Below, piece after piece: positions 38,950 to 52,365 of a DNA stretch of 64,000 bases; the first letter of the stretch is position 1, and each line of letters begins with the position of its first letter. The DNA comes from Ginglymostoma cirratum. Taxonomy: Eukaryota. The stretch lies in contig JAHRHZ010000115.1 in the NCBI GenBank assembly GCA_024137785.1, positions 1,246,428-1,310,427 of the forward strand, in the 5' to 3' direction. Below the pieces are notes generated by a model. That model saw only the letters and a list, made by a program, of their open reading frames with translations. It made no database searches and was not told where the DNA came from. A program made the position numbers and the translations under genes.

Positions 38950-41175
38950 AAAAAAATGGAAAAAACGTAGCAGATCCGACAGTATCTGAGAAGAAAAATC
39001 AGAATTAATGTTTTGGCTTCAATGACCCTTCTTCAGAACTGACAGCAGCGACGAAATAGTTAGCTTTAAGCAGAAGATAGCAACCAACTCAAGGTTGATA
39101 CGGAGCCGAAAGAGAGACAAGCACATTTAGAGAAAAAATGAGTGGAAACTCCTCAGCCAGGAGAATAAATAGCTACTAATGGTAACTGTTAGGACTTTGC
39201 AGTAGAAGTGGTAGATGTGAGCACAATTACAACGTTTTGAAGGTATTGAGACGAATAAATGAACAAGGATGTATATGGGCCTGGAGCAGACACATGAAAC
39301 TAATTTAGACTAGGATAATGTTTGGCATGGACTGGTTAGAGGAAACGTTTTGTTTTAGTGATGTATGAATCTTTTATTCATTGTAACATGGCATGATTTG
39401 GGAGCTGTTGAAAAGCGTTGGGAAAGAGCTGAAGCCCAAAAATTGTTTGAGTCGATAAAAGATTCTCAAACAGAAAATCAGGGGCCGTTCTCCGAGCTTG
39501 CACCGAGCATCACTGAAGCACTACACCAAGCCTGAGACAGAGGTGTTGGCCAATGATCAAGGTGGTGTGTTGAAGTGGCAGACATCGGCAAGCTCGGGGC
39601 CTTTTTGCAGACAGAACTTAGGTATACTGTGAAGCAGTCTCTCCATCTACATTTGGTCTCCGTAAAGTGGGGAGCAGCGACTGCAGTAGAGTATTTTGAG
39701 TGAAATACAGGCAAAGTGCTGCTTCACCAGGAAATTCTGTTTAGCCACTTGGATATTGAGAAACGAATAGGAAAACGGAAAGGTGTTACTCCTTTCGCAG
39801 TTGCATGGGAAGGTGCAATGGTACTGTGGTGAGCGATGGGAGTGGAGGAGAAGTGGACCGTGGTGTAGCAGAGAGAACCGCTCTTGCAAAAAGCAGGCAA
39901 AAGAGGGGAGTGGAATATGTCTCTGGTGGTGTCATCCCACTGGATGTGGTAGAAATAGCAAATAATATTTCTCTGGATGTGGCTGCAAGTAGGATTTTTA
40001 GTGAGGGCAAGGGAAAACATTTTCGCTTTTCTGGGAGCAGATAGAGGGATTGAGAGCTGAACTGCAGGAGATTTCTCGGACATAACTACATGCAGTGTCA
40101 AGTACAGTGCTAGGAAAACCTTGGTTGTGGATGAAGGTGGATATTTCGTACGCATTATTCTCGAAGTTGCCATTATCAGAACAGATGCAAAGAAGACGGA
40201 GGCACTGGGAGAATGGAATAGAATCTTTCCAGGTATTAAGGTGTGACGATGTACCGTCAAGGAAATTTTGGATGCTAATTCGTTTGTTGTGGGTGCTGGT
40301 GGACAACCTACCCCACGAAATGGAAACAGAGATTTCGAGAAAGGGAAGGGACGAGTACGATATCAACCAGGTGAATGTGAGAGTAGGGTGTAAATTGGAA
40401 GCTAAATTGATAAACTTTCTCAATTCTGGACGACAGGGGAAAGCCGCAGTGATGACAAAATAGACATACTGGAGGAAGAGCTGTGGGTGTCGGATGAATA
40501 AGACTGTAACAAGGAATCTTCCACTTATCCCACAAACACACAGGCATATCTGAGCCCCTTGCGGGTAATCATGGCCACATTTTTACCTGAAGAAAATTAG
40601 GTAAGTTTAAATAGAAGACGTTCAGAATTAATGTGTAGCTCTGCCAGACAGAAGATGGTGATGTTTGATGGGGCCGTTTCAGACCCTTTTCTGCAAAAAA
40701 AGCAGAGAGCTGTGATACGACCATGACGGGAAATTGACGTGTACATTGATTGTAATTCAATAGTAAAGCGTTGGATCAAGATATCTCGAAGTTTTGAAAC
40801 TAACATAAAACGTTGCATGATCCGCTTTTGTAACTGGGAAGGAACTGGACAAAGGGAGAGAAAAGACGAGTCGACGGAGGAAGAGATACGTTATGTGAGA
40901 CTGGAGCAGATGGAACCAATGCATCTGCCCAGGCAGCCTATTTGTTGATTTTGGTAATGAGGTAGAAGTGAGGTGTGTTTGATTGGGAGACTCTGATATT
41001 GAAGCAGTGGTGGGAAGGTCATCAGATGAAATGTGGTTCGTGACGGTGGCCTGATGTTGCATTCTGGGGTCATGGTCCTCGACGAAATAAGAGAAGGCAT
41101 CTGAGAGCTGGCAATTGGCCTGGGCAATGTAGAGGTCAGTTGGCCAGAACGCAACAGCACCAACCTTGTTAACAA
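38950..41175 (-). mobile_element. Penelope-like retroelement (RT plus GIY-YIG), decayed; CR1 fragment nested at ~39190-39380
   Basis: Minus-strand peptides FINLASNLHPTLTFTW..SLPFLEI, KDSIPFSQCLRLLCICSD, and GIY-YIG-like ILYCSRCSPLY-ETKCRWRDCF. Confidence 0.85.
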
Positions 41176-41294
41176 CTTGAATACAAATATAAGGAACAGG
41201 TCAAATACAGGAAAAAGGCCAAAAGCATGTTCGCCTGCTCCTGTCTATGCTGTTGCTCCTAATTACAGGACTCAGTACTACATAAACACCGCAC

Positions 41295-41665
41295 CTCATC
41301 TAAACACACAGGATTCTTCGGGGGCTTGACATATGTGATGTCAAAATATTGTTTCCTCTTCTGAGATAGTCTTAGACTAGAAGGCAGATTCTCAGTGTAA
41401 GGTCGCATAGTTATGATAGAAATGAGGTGGAATTTATTCTCTCACACTGTTGTTGCATCTGGGGAAATCAGAGGTTTGTAGATGCTGGGTCGTTAATTAT
41501 ATACAATGTTGTAATAGACAGATTTTTAAATCAGTTATGAACTGAAGTGTTAAGGGAGAAGTCAATATAGTAGAGTTGAGTATTATCAGATCATCCACGT
41601 TCATATTGCAAGGTAGAGCAGGCTCGAAGTGTTGAATGGACTACTTTATCTCCCAAGACTTAAAG
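41295..41665 (+). mobile_element. CR1 LINE 3' fragment
   Basis: Same tail family as 17590-17905. Confidence 0.6.
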
Positions 41666-44600
41666 TTTCAATACGAAGCTGTAAACTAACCTGTAACAAG
41701 TTAAACCTATCTTTCTCCCCGAACAAAACTCAACAAGAGAAAGACATTTTGGCTGAAATATTCAGAGTGATCTGAGTGCCATAGTAAACAGTGAAAACCG
41801 GTCTTGAGCACTCATATTGACAGAGGCTGCACTAGGTCTGAAGTTACCTCTCATAAATCACTATCGCCCTTTACTTTTCCTGATTCCTTGTCTGGTTTTG
41901 TTTTAATCCGATTGCACACCAGGCAATTGCAGTTGATCTCCTGATGTGGAACTGGAACACTTACTGAAATAATTCTTACATTTTATGACGTATTTCTACT
42001 TTTAAAAGCCAAGCAGTATTTATGTTAAAGAACAAGAACTGCCTAATAAAGATTAACGATTAACAGGGTCATCTAAACTTCCCTTCCCTGACCGAGAGAG
42101 CACTGAATCCTATCACTATACCGGCATGGAAGCAGATAACAATGGTTTCAGGTAGCCACATGCGCCAGGTATTCACGTCAGCTCCACGTCCCAAGATTTA
42201 AGTTATTTTTTCTGACAAAGGGCAGCTTTTACTAGAACACAAGATACATTCCCAAAAACTGAATTGCTGCAGAGAGCTGAGACATGAAACGGATGGTGAT
42301 CTAAAATAAACCCAAAAGCTGCTCGTATGAAACATTGAAATCATCCTCGTTCCTCCACACCCGGAAATCAAACCTCATCTCGCCTTCAGGACAATGAAGA
42401 AATTTAACTTAGAAGGATAGCAAAGCTGTGAACTGCAAGCGAGATAAGGAGGAGTTGACCCTGCACTCCTCTGGTCATACATATTATCAATTATGCTACT
42501 GAGCCAGCCCATGCCTAACCCCCACTTTTCTGTGGAGTTGTGTTGTGAGCAGCTACTTACGGACTGGAAAAAAAGAAGTGAAAGACAGTGATGACTGGAA
42601 TGCTTGAGGCACGTGGTGAGCGTGGAGCTTGTGCTCGAAGGCTCATGTAGGTACTGGTGGGTCAGATTTAAATGTCAGCTGTTTAGGCTGGCTCACACAT
42701 CGCACTTGGTCAATTAACCACAATGAACCTCTTCCTCTTGTGAAGCTCCTTCTGTGTGCAGTGACACAGTTAGTGGGCTCTGGGAAGATCTATGCATCCC
42801 CTTTATCCACTTAGTTTAACAGGTGAAAATGTCCCCTTTAAACCAATGCAAGCGGAGATGGTCTCTTTCTGTGAACTTTCAGTGGGGACTGCTCAGTTCC
42901 TTAATTGTCCATTTATACAAAAGCAGTAGGTAATGGGAATTCTCACTGAGCAACAATGAAACAGAAAGATACCGAGTTATTGTGATCGAATGGCTAAGAC
43001 AATGGGTATATTGTTGGGCAGAAGTAGTCCAACAGGAGCTACCGTGCCTTTCCCTGCGCTGTGCAGTTGACAGGCGAAGCTAGTTTCAAATCCCTCTTTC
43101 TCTGCTGTGACCTATCCTTAATTTCACACCACCAGTAAAGATGTAATTATATAACCTCTAATTATGATGGAATTAGTTTGGTGATGGATTAGAAATTTCA
43201 TTTAGGCATCTAACCATTCTCGCCTCACCTCAGTCCTTACAACAAACATATTACCTAGAAATTGTGAACCCAGATTTAGACATACCAGCTAGGGTAAAAA
43301 TATATCAGCAGCGCCATTGTCAAACTCTATTTGAATTTCAGACATTTCGAAGAGCAGTAATGTGACATGACAAAAGTGGACAGAGAGGGGAACTGAGAGA
43401 GTGAAAGAGGATAAAGTTGATGCACGGAGACAAAGAGAAACAGGCACAAGCATGTGTTGAGGTAGTTACTGAAAGGACCAATTCTCAATTCGGTATGATT
43501 GGTAACTGACAGAAATAAAACAAAAACAAGCGTTTTAGAAAAGACTTTCATCACAGAAGGGCAATGGGAGGAAAATTAGAGCTGACGAATTTCTTTCAAT
43601 ATTGTTGATGGTTGCAATCTGATTAAAAAAAACAGATAGAGAGAGAGTGATAAAACTGCTGATTCAGAATCAAAACTGATATTTGACTCCAGAGATGCTG
43701 CCAGACCTGCCGAGTTTAGCCAAAAAAGAATGTTTTTGTATTGTTTCTAATCCAGACAGAAAAATAGGAAAGAAAAAGCAGTGCGGGTCATGGGTCGTCA
43801 GTCAGACTGCAGGACAGTGGATGTGATGTCCCTTCGGGATTGGAGTCACTGCTATTTCATCAGTGACCAAAATGGCCCAGATATATAGTTTCCACATTCG
43901 TGTATGACAGTAACGTTGGAGGGTATTGGTTATCACGAACAGTGAGGTTTTGGTGACAAAATACAAGATTCTCAGAAGTACTTTTTCTAAGAAGATCCAT
44001 TAGTTTCCTTGTGCGCAAGTTTGTCATGGAGTAACTGGGCGGGGAAGAGGGACAGGCTAACAGCCAAAAGGAAAATTAAAGAAAAGACGATGGAAATTTA
44101 CAAAGAGGGCTAATTCTTAATTCAATATAAAGGAGCAACTCTGGTCATTCAGGGAAATGCAGCAACGTGTTGAAAGAATGAGTGACTATTAGGAAACCAG
44201 GTTTTACAAATTTAGGTTTCATCCATGCATTTCAGCAGCACTAGTGTTACCTGAACATTCCGTCACTACTTGTGGTAAAATCTGTGAATACATCGCATGA
44301 ACAAAAGATTCTGAAGAAGAATCATATCAGATCACAAAACGTTAACTATATTTCCCTCTCCATAGATGCTGCCTCGTTTGCTGAAGTTTTCTGGCGTATG
44401 CCATTTTCACTTCACATTTCGCTAACGACGACATTACTTTAGCATACCTTCTGGGTGGTAACATTATCTGATTTTCATTCATGACTTTTTCTTTGCAGAG
44501 TACGAAACAGGCTCTGCAGAGATCATCAAAAATTGCTATGACTGATTAGATTGCAAATCAGCACAGCAAGATATAGGGTAATGTTTTCAATAAGCAATAA

Positions 44601-44869
44601 CCGTGCCTTGGTTAAACCTCATAAGCTACAATACAGCCACTGTGCAAAACTGTTACTTCCGTGGAGAGCTGCTCCATCAGATTCACACCGTCCACACTTA
44701 TGTTGGGCAGACATACATCGGTATGCTTCCATTTTGCTTGATTATCTGTGGTGAAGTTGATCAATTATTAATGTATGTTGACATTCGGTGAGAGGATTGA
44801 AACATTATTTCGCAGATAGAATGATGAAATGGAAGGATTTATTCCGGGATGTAATTATATCAGTACTAC

Positions 44870-45237
44870 TGGAGCCACCAATGGAATCAGTGTCTGCAGG
44901 GAGCAGTTCTCCGATCTCCCAATGTTCAATAATGATGTTCACCTGCTCTGGCTACCCTTACATTCGCGCTGACTTAGCTAGGAAAAGGGGAAAGTTTTGC
45001 TGCAACTTTAAACAGTCCTAATTAGTTCTCACTGGCAGGTCGGGGTACAGACTGTTCCTTTTGTTCTGCTGACGTTGAGCTCCTGTTAATGGGAACTATT
45101 CAAAACTCATACTGGAATGCTTGAATTCCCTGAAGTCAGTCTGTTCCAGGGCGCAGTGAACGAATAAATCATAAATGTTGATACCGCACTCTCTGTTCTC
45201 TCTTACTGCAGTTCCAAATTATGAAGTTTAAATGTAT
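44870..45237 (-). pseudogene. Faint V segment relic
   Basis: Leader-like HLNFIIWNC with GTAAGA, acceptor AACAG, exon start D*LQGIQAFQYE (compare DWSDGVSVIQRE), YPDLP, EIGELLPADT. No RSS recognised. Confidence 0.35.
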
Positions 45238-47574
45238 TCCTCTCAGGCAGAATGAAGGGAAGATTCGAGCAGTTAGAAGTGAAATAACATTTTAGATACA
45301 AGGCTTATTCGGATCCGTGTTCGAAATTTGATTACCATTATTGGGAGAGTTGATTCGCTACAATTATTTGTTCAGTAACAACAGATTTAATTATTATAAA
45401 ATGACGGATCTGTGGATGACTTTAGGGAAAAGAAATACAAGTGTCAGTTCGTTATTTCATAGACCAACAAAGGAAACTTCGCTGCAGTCACGAATAAAAT
45501 GTCTCAATGTTCGGAAGAGTGGAATTCAGTAGGAGAAATTGATCAAGGAATAAAGCAAATCAAGTGGAAAATCCACAGGTTTGGGATTACCATATCAATG
45601 GTAAGTTTCCCTCTAAATGAGTAACTATGCTGTCTTTCAACAGTCTCAGTGCCACTGGGTCATAATCCTGAGATTCCCTTGTTGCGTGCACGTTTGAGTG
45701 TCCTTACAGCCCCAAGGAGCTCAGCATTTCAAAAGGAAAATCACTTTCACCTTCTCCAGGGCAACTTGAGATCACAGTAAGATTCGGTTTCTCTCAAACA
45801 TCACCAGAGCGAGGAGAGGAATCCGCTGATCTTTATACTATTTACACACCGAAATGTGAACCACCAGCAAAGACTCAATAAACTTTCATTACGGGCGAAG
45901 AAAGTTCATTTCCAGACATCCCAGCAAGCCGAAACCATATGTGACAGAACCTTACGGTGATGACTTTGACTCATTCATCAGCTGTTATTGAATCGGTTCG
46001 TTTATTTCATCTTCTTCACGTCTGACTTACATCTCACTTTCTGGTTGATATTTTAAAGGAAGCCTGCATTATCCTGGAACAGCGAACCTATCAATCGCCA
46101 TTCTGGATCTGGCAACGTGCCGCTGCAGGGGCAGTGCTAAATACTCACAAATGTTTGATATTGTTCAGATTACTCCAATGTTGCATCATTAGATTCACTT
46201 AACAGTTTATTGTTTCTCGAACCGAATGAAAAACATCTAGCTGGTTGTAACCGGCTGCTACATTTTCCACAACATCTTTTCACTGTAACAGTGAAGCAAT
46301 TTGAGACATCTCAAAGGGCACGGAAAAAATATTTGTTTCTCATTTACTGAACTGCAAGTTTTAGTTTATTTCAAGAATATATTTATAATGAATAAAGTTA
46401 CGTGTCCATATGAAAGGTATCAGATATCACCACGAATTTGGGAACCTTTTCAGATCCACTCCTGATCTCAGTGCTTGCCTGGCACACTGTCATATTCAGT
46501 AACGTTTGATTGGTTTCGTAAAGATCTGTTTGCAGGACAATTACAGTGAATGTCAGCAGAATTGGCCGAAGGTGAAATTGCTTTAGTCAAGAATTGGGAC
46601 GAGTTTGAATAATTTTAGAATCGCTGTACATTGGTTTCGGTTGGCATAGACATCGGGGACAGCCAATATGCTTTAAGCTCCTTTTCTCTTCAATTCAAAC
46701 AATGAGATTCAAGCTCCTTTGAGCTCTAATGCATGGGGACGGGATGGTAGTAGGGGAATAACAATGCGAAATTCTTCACTTGACAAAAGGTTATTGGAGA
46801 AAAATAAACTAAACTAACAGTTATTTTTTGCATATTCAAATCCAGAGAAGTAAAATAATTCATTTTGTTCAAGCTCCCCCGTGAGCAGAGCTATTCTCTG
46901 ACTATCATAGCTCCTTGCAGCTGATACAGGGGGTAGTGTCCATGTTATGAATTTGATCGACTAATGAGGTAAAGAAACAATCACATTTCCAATTATTCAA
47001 AACGTAAATGGGGATATTATCTTAGCTGAATTTACAGGCATAATTCATTGCAAGCAGACTTGTTACGTGTACTTTGTACCATATGCCTTCCATCTCGGTA
47101 AAACGGTTTCATGCAAGGATACTGTGCATCACAGCTCTATTTGCAGTGTCCAATAATTCAGGCATTATTCCTTTTCCATTGTAGGTGAAACTTCCATAGT
47201 ATAATCCTTCGCAGTATAACAAGAGAAATGTCTCAACATTAATCCTAAAATTTCAATTTTCACTTTCAAAACGTGCGTTTACTCGCATTGTTGCGATGTG
47301 TATGTTAATTTATCTTCATATATCAACAGGAACAGCAACATTAAAAGCTCACTACAGTAACACAATTTTGCATTGGCGTAGTTCCATGTCTCTTAATTCC
47401 GTCACTGGTTCAAAACCTAACACAATGCCCCCAAGCTTTGTAGACATGGAACACAGGATCGGACGTTGCAGTACATGATGGCAATTTGAATGACGGTTGT
47501 GCACAAGTATTTGCAAAGTTTATCACTACCCGTGTTTTCGACATGCCTGTTCCTTTTCTCTTTAATTTTGGACA

Positions 47575-47974
47575 NNNNNNNNNNNNNNNNNNNNNNNNNN
47601 NNNNNNNNNNNNNNNNNNNNNNNNNNNNNNNNNNNNNNNNNNNNNNNNNNNNNNNNNNNNNNNNNNNNNNNNNNNNNNNNNNNNNNNNNNNNNNNNNNNN
47701 NNNNNNNNNNNNNNNNNNNNNNNNNNNNNNNNNNNNNNNNNNNNNNNNNNNNNNNNNNNNNNNNNNNNNNNNNNNNNNNNNNNNNNNNNNNNNNNNNNNN
47801 NNNNNNNNNNNNNNNNNNNNNNNNNNNNNNNNNNNNNNNNNNNNNNNNNNNNNNNNNNNNNNNNNNNNNNNNNNNNNNNNNNNNNNNNNNNNNNNNNNNN
47901 NNNNNNNNNNNNNNNNNNNNNNNNNNNNNNNNNNNNNNNNNNNNNNNNNNNNNNNNNNNNNNNNNNNNNNNNNN
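47575..47974. other. Assembly gap (400 N)
   Basis: Run of n characters. Confidence 1.
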
Positions 47975-50530
47975 ACCTTGTTATCTCAGATTCTCCAGCA
48001 TCTGCAGCTCCTACTATCTCTGAATCAGTTGACAACGATCTGGCTAGGATGGTGTTAATTGATATATGAAGAGAATTTAACAAGGTGTTCACCCACCTCG
48101 ACACCTTGTTATCTCAGATTCTCCAGAATCTGCAGTTCCTACTACCTCTGAAGCAGTTGACAACGATCTGGCTCGGACGGTAAATTGCTTTTAATGGGGA
48201 CTGTTCGTGACTACCAATAAGTAGTGTGTAATGGCAGTTTGTGATAACAAGTCCTGGTGTGTGGGATAGGGAGCTAGGACATGGGAGAGCGTAGGTCCGA
48301 AAGTTATTGAACTTGAGAATGAGTCCGGGGTCCTGCAGGTTCCTGAGCTGAAAATGACGTGTTGTTTCTTCCAGCTGGAGGTTGAGCTTCGCTGGAACAC
48401 TGCAGGAAGCCAGAGACAGTAATGTTTGCCAGGGAAGTGGTTGGTGTCTTAAGGTAATCGGCAACTGGAAGGTCAGAGTCTTTTGTGCGAGCGGAAAGCA
48501 GATGTTATGCAAAACAATCACATCGTCTCCGCTTCATTTCCCCAACGTTGATGAAAACACTTTGTGAGCATCAAATGCAGTAGACTGAATTCTAGAAGTG
48601 CAAATCAAGTGTTGTTTCATCTGGAAAGTGTGTTTGGGCTCCTGGATAGTAGGAAGAGATGAGGTAAATCAGCAGCTATCATACCCTTGGCCTTAGCAGG
48701 GCAAGGTTTTGCGGGGCTGTGTGGGGTGTGTTGGGAGCGAAGGAAGAGTTTGCCAGGGTATCCAAAAGGGAACGGTCCATGTGGAAGGTGGAAAAGGGAA
48801 GGGAGGGGGACATTTGACTAATGGTGGCATCTCACTGGAGTTGGAGGAACTGGCATCTGATGATCTCCTGGATGTGGATGCTGGTTGGATGTTAGATAAG
48901 GACAAGAGGAAACCTATCGCTGTTTTAGGAGGGAAGAGATGGTATTGAGGGCGGATGTGCGGGAGATGGGTCGGACCCAGTTGAGGGTCTTGTTAACAAA
49001 TGTGCTGGGGATTCCTTGATTGAGGAAGAAGGAAGAGAATGGGATGGAGTCTTGACAGGAAGCAGGGAGTGAAGACATATAGTTCAGGTAGCTGTGCGAG
49101 CTTGTGGCTTTCTTGTGGATATTAGTGGGCAGCCTATCCCCAGAAATGTAAGCGAATATGTCTAGTAAGTGAAGAGAAGCATCAGAGATAGACCAGATGA
49201 AAGTGAGGGCAGGGTGAAATTTGGAAGCGAAATCCGTGAACTTTTCCAATTCCAGACTCGAAAGAGAAGCTGCTCCGATGATATAATCGATTTATCAGAG
49301 AAGGATGTGTGGGTGAGGTCTCGAATAGGACTGGGACAAGGAATGTTCCACCTAATCCACGAAGAGATGATTATACCTGGGGCCCATGTGGATACCCATG
49401 GTCGCACCTCTGACCTGAAGAAAAAGAAAGAAGTTAAAAGAGAAGTTGTTGAGTGCGAGGACTAGTTCAGCCAAGTGGAACAGGGTGGTTGTAAATGGGG
49501 ATGATTCAGGCCTTTTCTCCAGGGAGAAGTGGAGAGCCCTGAGACCCTCCTGGTGGGGGAAGGGCGTGTTAAGCGATTGTACTTTCCATGGTAAAGAGGA
49601 GACACCTAGAATCTACAACCTGGAAATTTTCAAACCAGCGCAAAGCATCAATGGAACCATGGATGTAAGTGGGCAGGGATTGGACCAGGACACAGAAGAT
49701 TGAGTCAAATAAGGAATAGATGAGTTCTGTATGGTAGGAGCAACCTGAAACAATGTCTCCGTCTGGACAGTCCTGTTTGAGCATTTTTTGGAGAGGGTAG
49801 AAGCGAGCTGTGCGGGGCTGGGGTATTTCCATCTTGGAGACAATGGAGGGGGAAGATGACCAGATGAAATAAGATCAGTTACTATAGTTGATACAAATGC
49901 CTGATGTGTCATGGTCGGGTCATGGTGCAGGGGATGATAGGTGGAGGTATCTGAGAGCTGTCGCTGAGCCTCTGCAGTCTAGAGGTCAGTACACCAGACT
50001 ACAACAGTACCACCCTTATCGGCAAGCTTAATAATAAATTCAAAGTTAGATGTTAGCACAAGGAGTGGAGCCAGTTCGCAAGAAGATAGGTTCGATTTCG
50101 TGAAGAGGCAGAGAAATTGAGACGACTAATATCTCGTCAGAAGTTCTCAATGAACAGATCGAGTGCAGATAAAAGGCCAGAAGGAAGATCCAGGTGAAGG
50201 TAGAATTTTGGAAAAGGGCGAAGGCACCTGGGGAACAGTGCGAGGACTCTTATCTAAATAAATGGTCATGGAGGCGAAGACCGCAGAAGAAGAGTTAGAC
50301 GTCATGCCGTGCCAAAAAATTGCAAAAGTGGGTGCGCAGAGGATTAAAACTGAGGTCTTCACTGAGTACAGAACATTGGTCATTGGAGAATTAAAGGTTA
50401 GGAGGGATGGTGGATAATTAACAAGAGCTGGGGTTGGGGACGGTATCAAGTCAAAGGGAAGGGGAGGAGACCAAGGTTACAGAGGACCATGGGCATCTCC
50501 AAATTTTTGCATCTTCTGGGCCTTGATTCC
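47975..50530 (-). mobile_element. Penelope-like retroelement, decayed
   Basis: Minus-strand MTHQAFVSTIVTDLISSGHLP, PQPRTARFYPLQKM, FTDFASKFHPALTFIWSISD, CQDSIPFS and a KLEE-HVIF-LG-like GIY-YIG tail. Confidence 0.88.
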
Positions 50531-50571
50531 TGAAAGGAAAAGGAAAAGCACTGAGATTTAAACATGATAAC

Positions 50572-50740
50572 ACAGTGTAGAGCTGGAGGAACACAGCAGG
50601 TCAAGTAACATCAGAAGAAAAGGAAGGTTGATGTTTTGGGTCAGGACGCTTCTTCAGAAAAAAAGGGTCACGCCCCGAAATGTCAACATTCATGGTCTTC
50701 TGACGCTGCCTGGTCTGCTGTGCTCCTCCAGCTCCACGCT
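50572..50740. repeat. Palindromic hairpin between two Penelope-like copies
   Basis: GAGCTGGAGGAACACAGCAGGTCAAG...GTTGATGTTTTGGG pairs with CCCGAAATGTCAAC...CCTGGTCTGCTGTGCTCCTCCAGCTC. Confidence 0.85.
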
Positions 50741-50784
50741 TTTATTTCTGACTCCAGCATCTGCAGTTCTTTCTGCCTGTGAGA

Positions 50785-52365
50785 TCCAGCCGTGACTTTA
50801 TTATTAATCCTGCCAATAAGGCTGGTGCTGTTGTAGTTTGGCATACTGACCTCTACATTGCAGAGGCTTAGCGCCAGCTTTCACATACCTCCTCCTCCCT
50901 TCTCCAGACCATGAACCCACCATGACACATCAAGCCTTTGTATTAATTATGGTAACTGATCTCATTTCATCTGGTTACCTCCTGGCCACAGCCACTCAGC
51001 TGATAGTCCCCCGGGCTCATACAGCTCGCTTCTACTTCCTCCCAAAAATCGACAAACAGGACTGTACAGGCAGACCCAATGTTTCAGCCTGGTCGTGCCC
51101 CACAGAACTCATTTCTTCCTATCTTCACTCAGTCTTCTCTCCCCTGGTCCAAAACGTACACACGTATATCTGTGATTCCTCCGATGCTTCTTGTTGGTTT
51201 CAAAATTTCCAGTTTGCTAGTTCCAGCCACATCCTCTTTAACATGGAAGTGCAATCTCTTTACATGTTCAATCTCCACGAGGAGGGATTTTTGGTTCTCC
51301 GCTTATTCGTGGAGCAAAGATATGAACCGACACCAGCCATCACCACACTGTTCCGCTTTTCTGCGCTCGTCCTTACCCTCAACAATTTCTCTTTTAAAGC
51401 CTTTGATTTTATTCAAGTCAGAGGGGTGACCGTGTACACCTGCATTCACCCCAGTCATGCCTGCCTCTTCATTGGTTATGTGGGACATTCATTATTCCAG
51501 TCCAATTCCAGCTTCACCCATAAATCTTTCTCGGATATATCGATCATATCATCAGTGCTGCTTCTGAATTTAATTTGGAATTGGAAAAGTTACTCGATTT
51601 TGCTTCCAATTTCTCCTATAACTTCACATTAATCTGCTTTATATCTGCCTCTTCCCTTCCCATCCTCGAATCGGTGTTTCCATTTCTGGGGACAAAATGA
51701 CCATTAATATTCAATATAACCCCACAGACTGGCACAACTATATCGACTATACATCCACATATTCTGCTTCCTGTAAAAACTCAATCTCATACTCTGAGTT
51801 CCTCCATCTCCATTGCATACGTTCAGATGAGGCCAACATCGACAAGAGAGCCTTCGTAACATCCACCTTCTTCCTCAGCTGGGAATTGCTCAGCCCTGTT
51901 GTCGACAGAGCCCTCAACTGGGACTGACACATCTCTCGTACTTCCACCCTCAAACCCTCTCATACCTCCCGCAGCCTCCCTTGTCCTTAGCTACCATCCC
52001 ACCTACATCCACACCTAGAAGATCATCAGACGTAATTTCGCCACCTCCAGCGAGATGCCACCTCCAGACACACTATCCCCTCCCCTCCCTTATCTGCGTT
52101 GCACAGGGAACATTCCCTCTGGGAATCTCTGGTCCTCTCCTCCTTCATTCCCAACCACCACCACAGCCTCACAGTATGATCACCTGCCACCGCCGAATTG
52201 GTAACTCCTGTCCATTTACGATCTCTTGCCCTACTATCCAAGGGCCCAATGCAAAACTTCACCAGCACTTCTCAGAATCTAATCTACTGTATTTGATGCT
52301 CACAATGTGGTTTCCTCTACATGGAGAAAAAAATAAAGCGTGGACTGGGTGACCGCTTCACAGAC
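50785..52365 (+). mobile_element. Penelope-like retroelement, decayed
   Basis: IINPANKAGAVVVW (PADKG motif); ORF 50922-51632 with TARFYFLPKIDKQDCTGRPNVS, FNMEVQSLY, LVLTLNNFSF, QVRGV; CKNSISYSEFLHLHCIRSD; NLLYLM..CGFLYMEK-type GIY-YIG start. Confidence 0.9.

Noticed and set aside
44638-44680. Isolated CACTGTG heptamer as a D/J RSS
   Set aside because: No nonamer at 12 or 23 nt on either side and no J coding motif.
47486-48104. ORFs of 177-190 aa
   Set aside because: Artefacts spanning the N gap.
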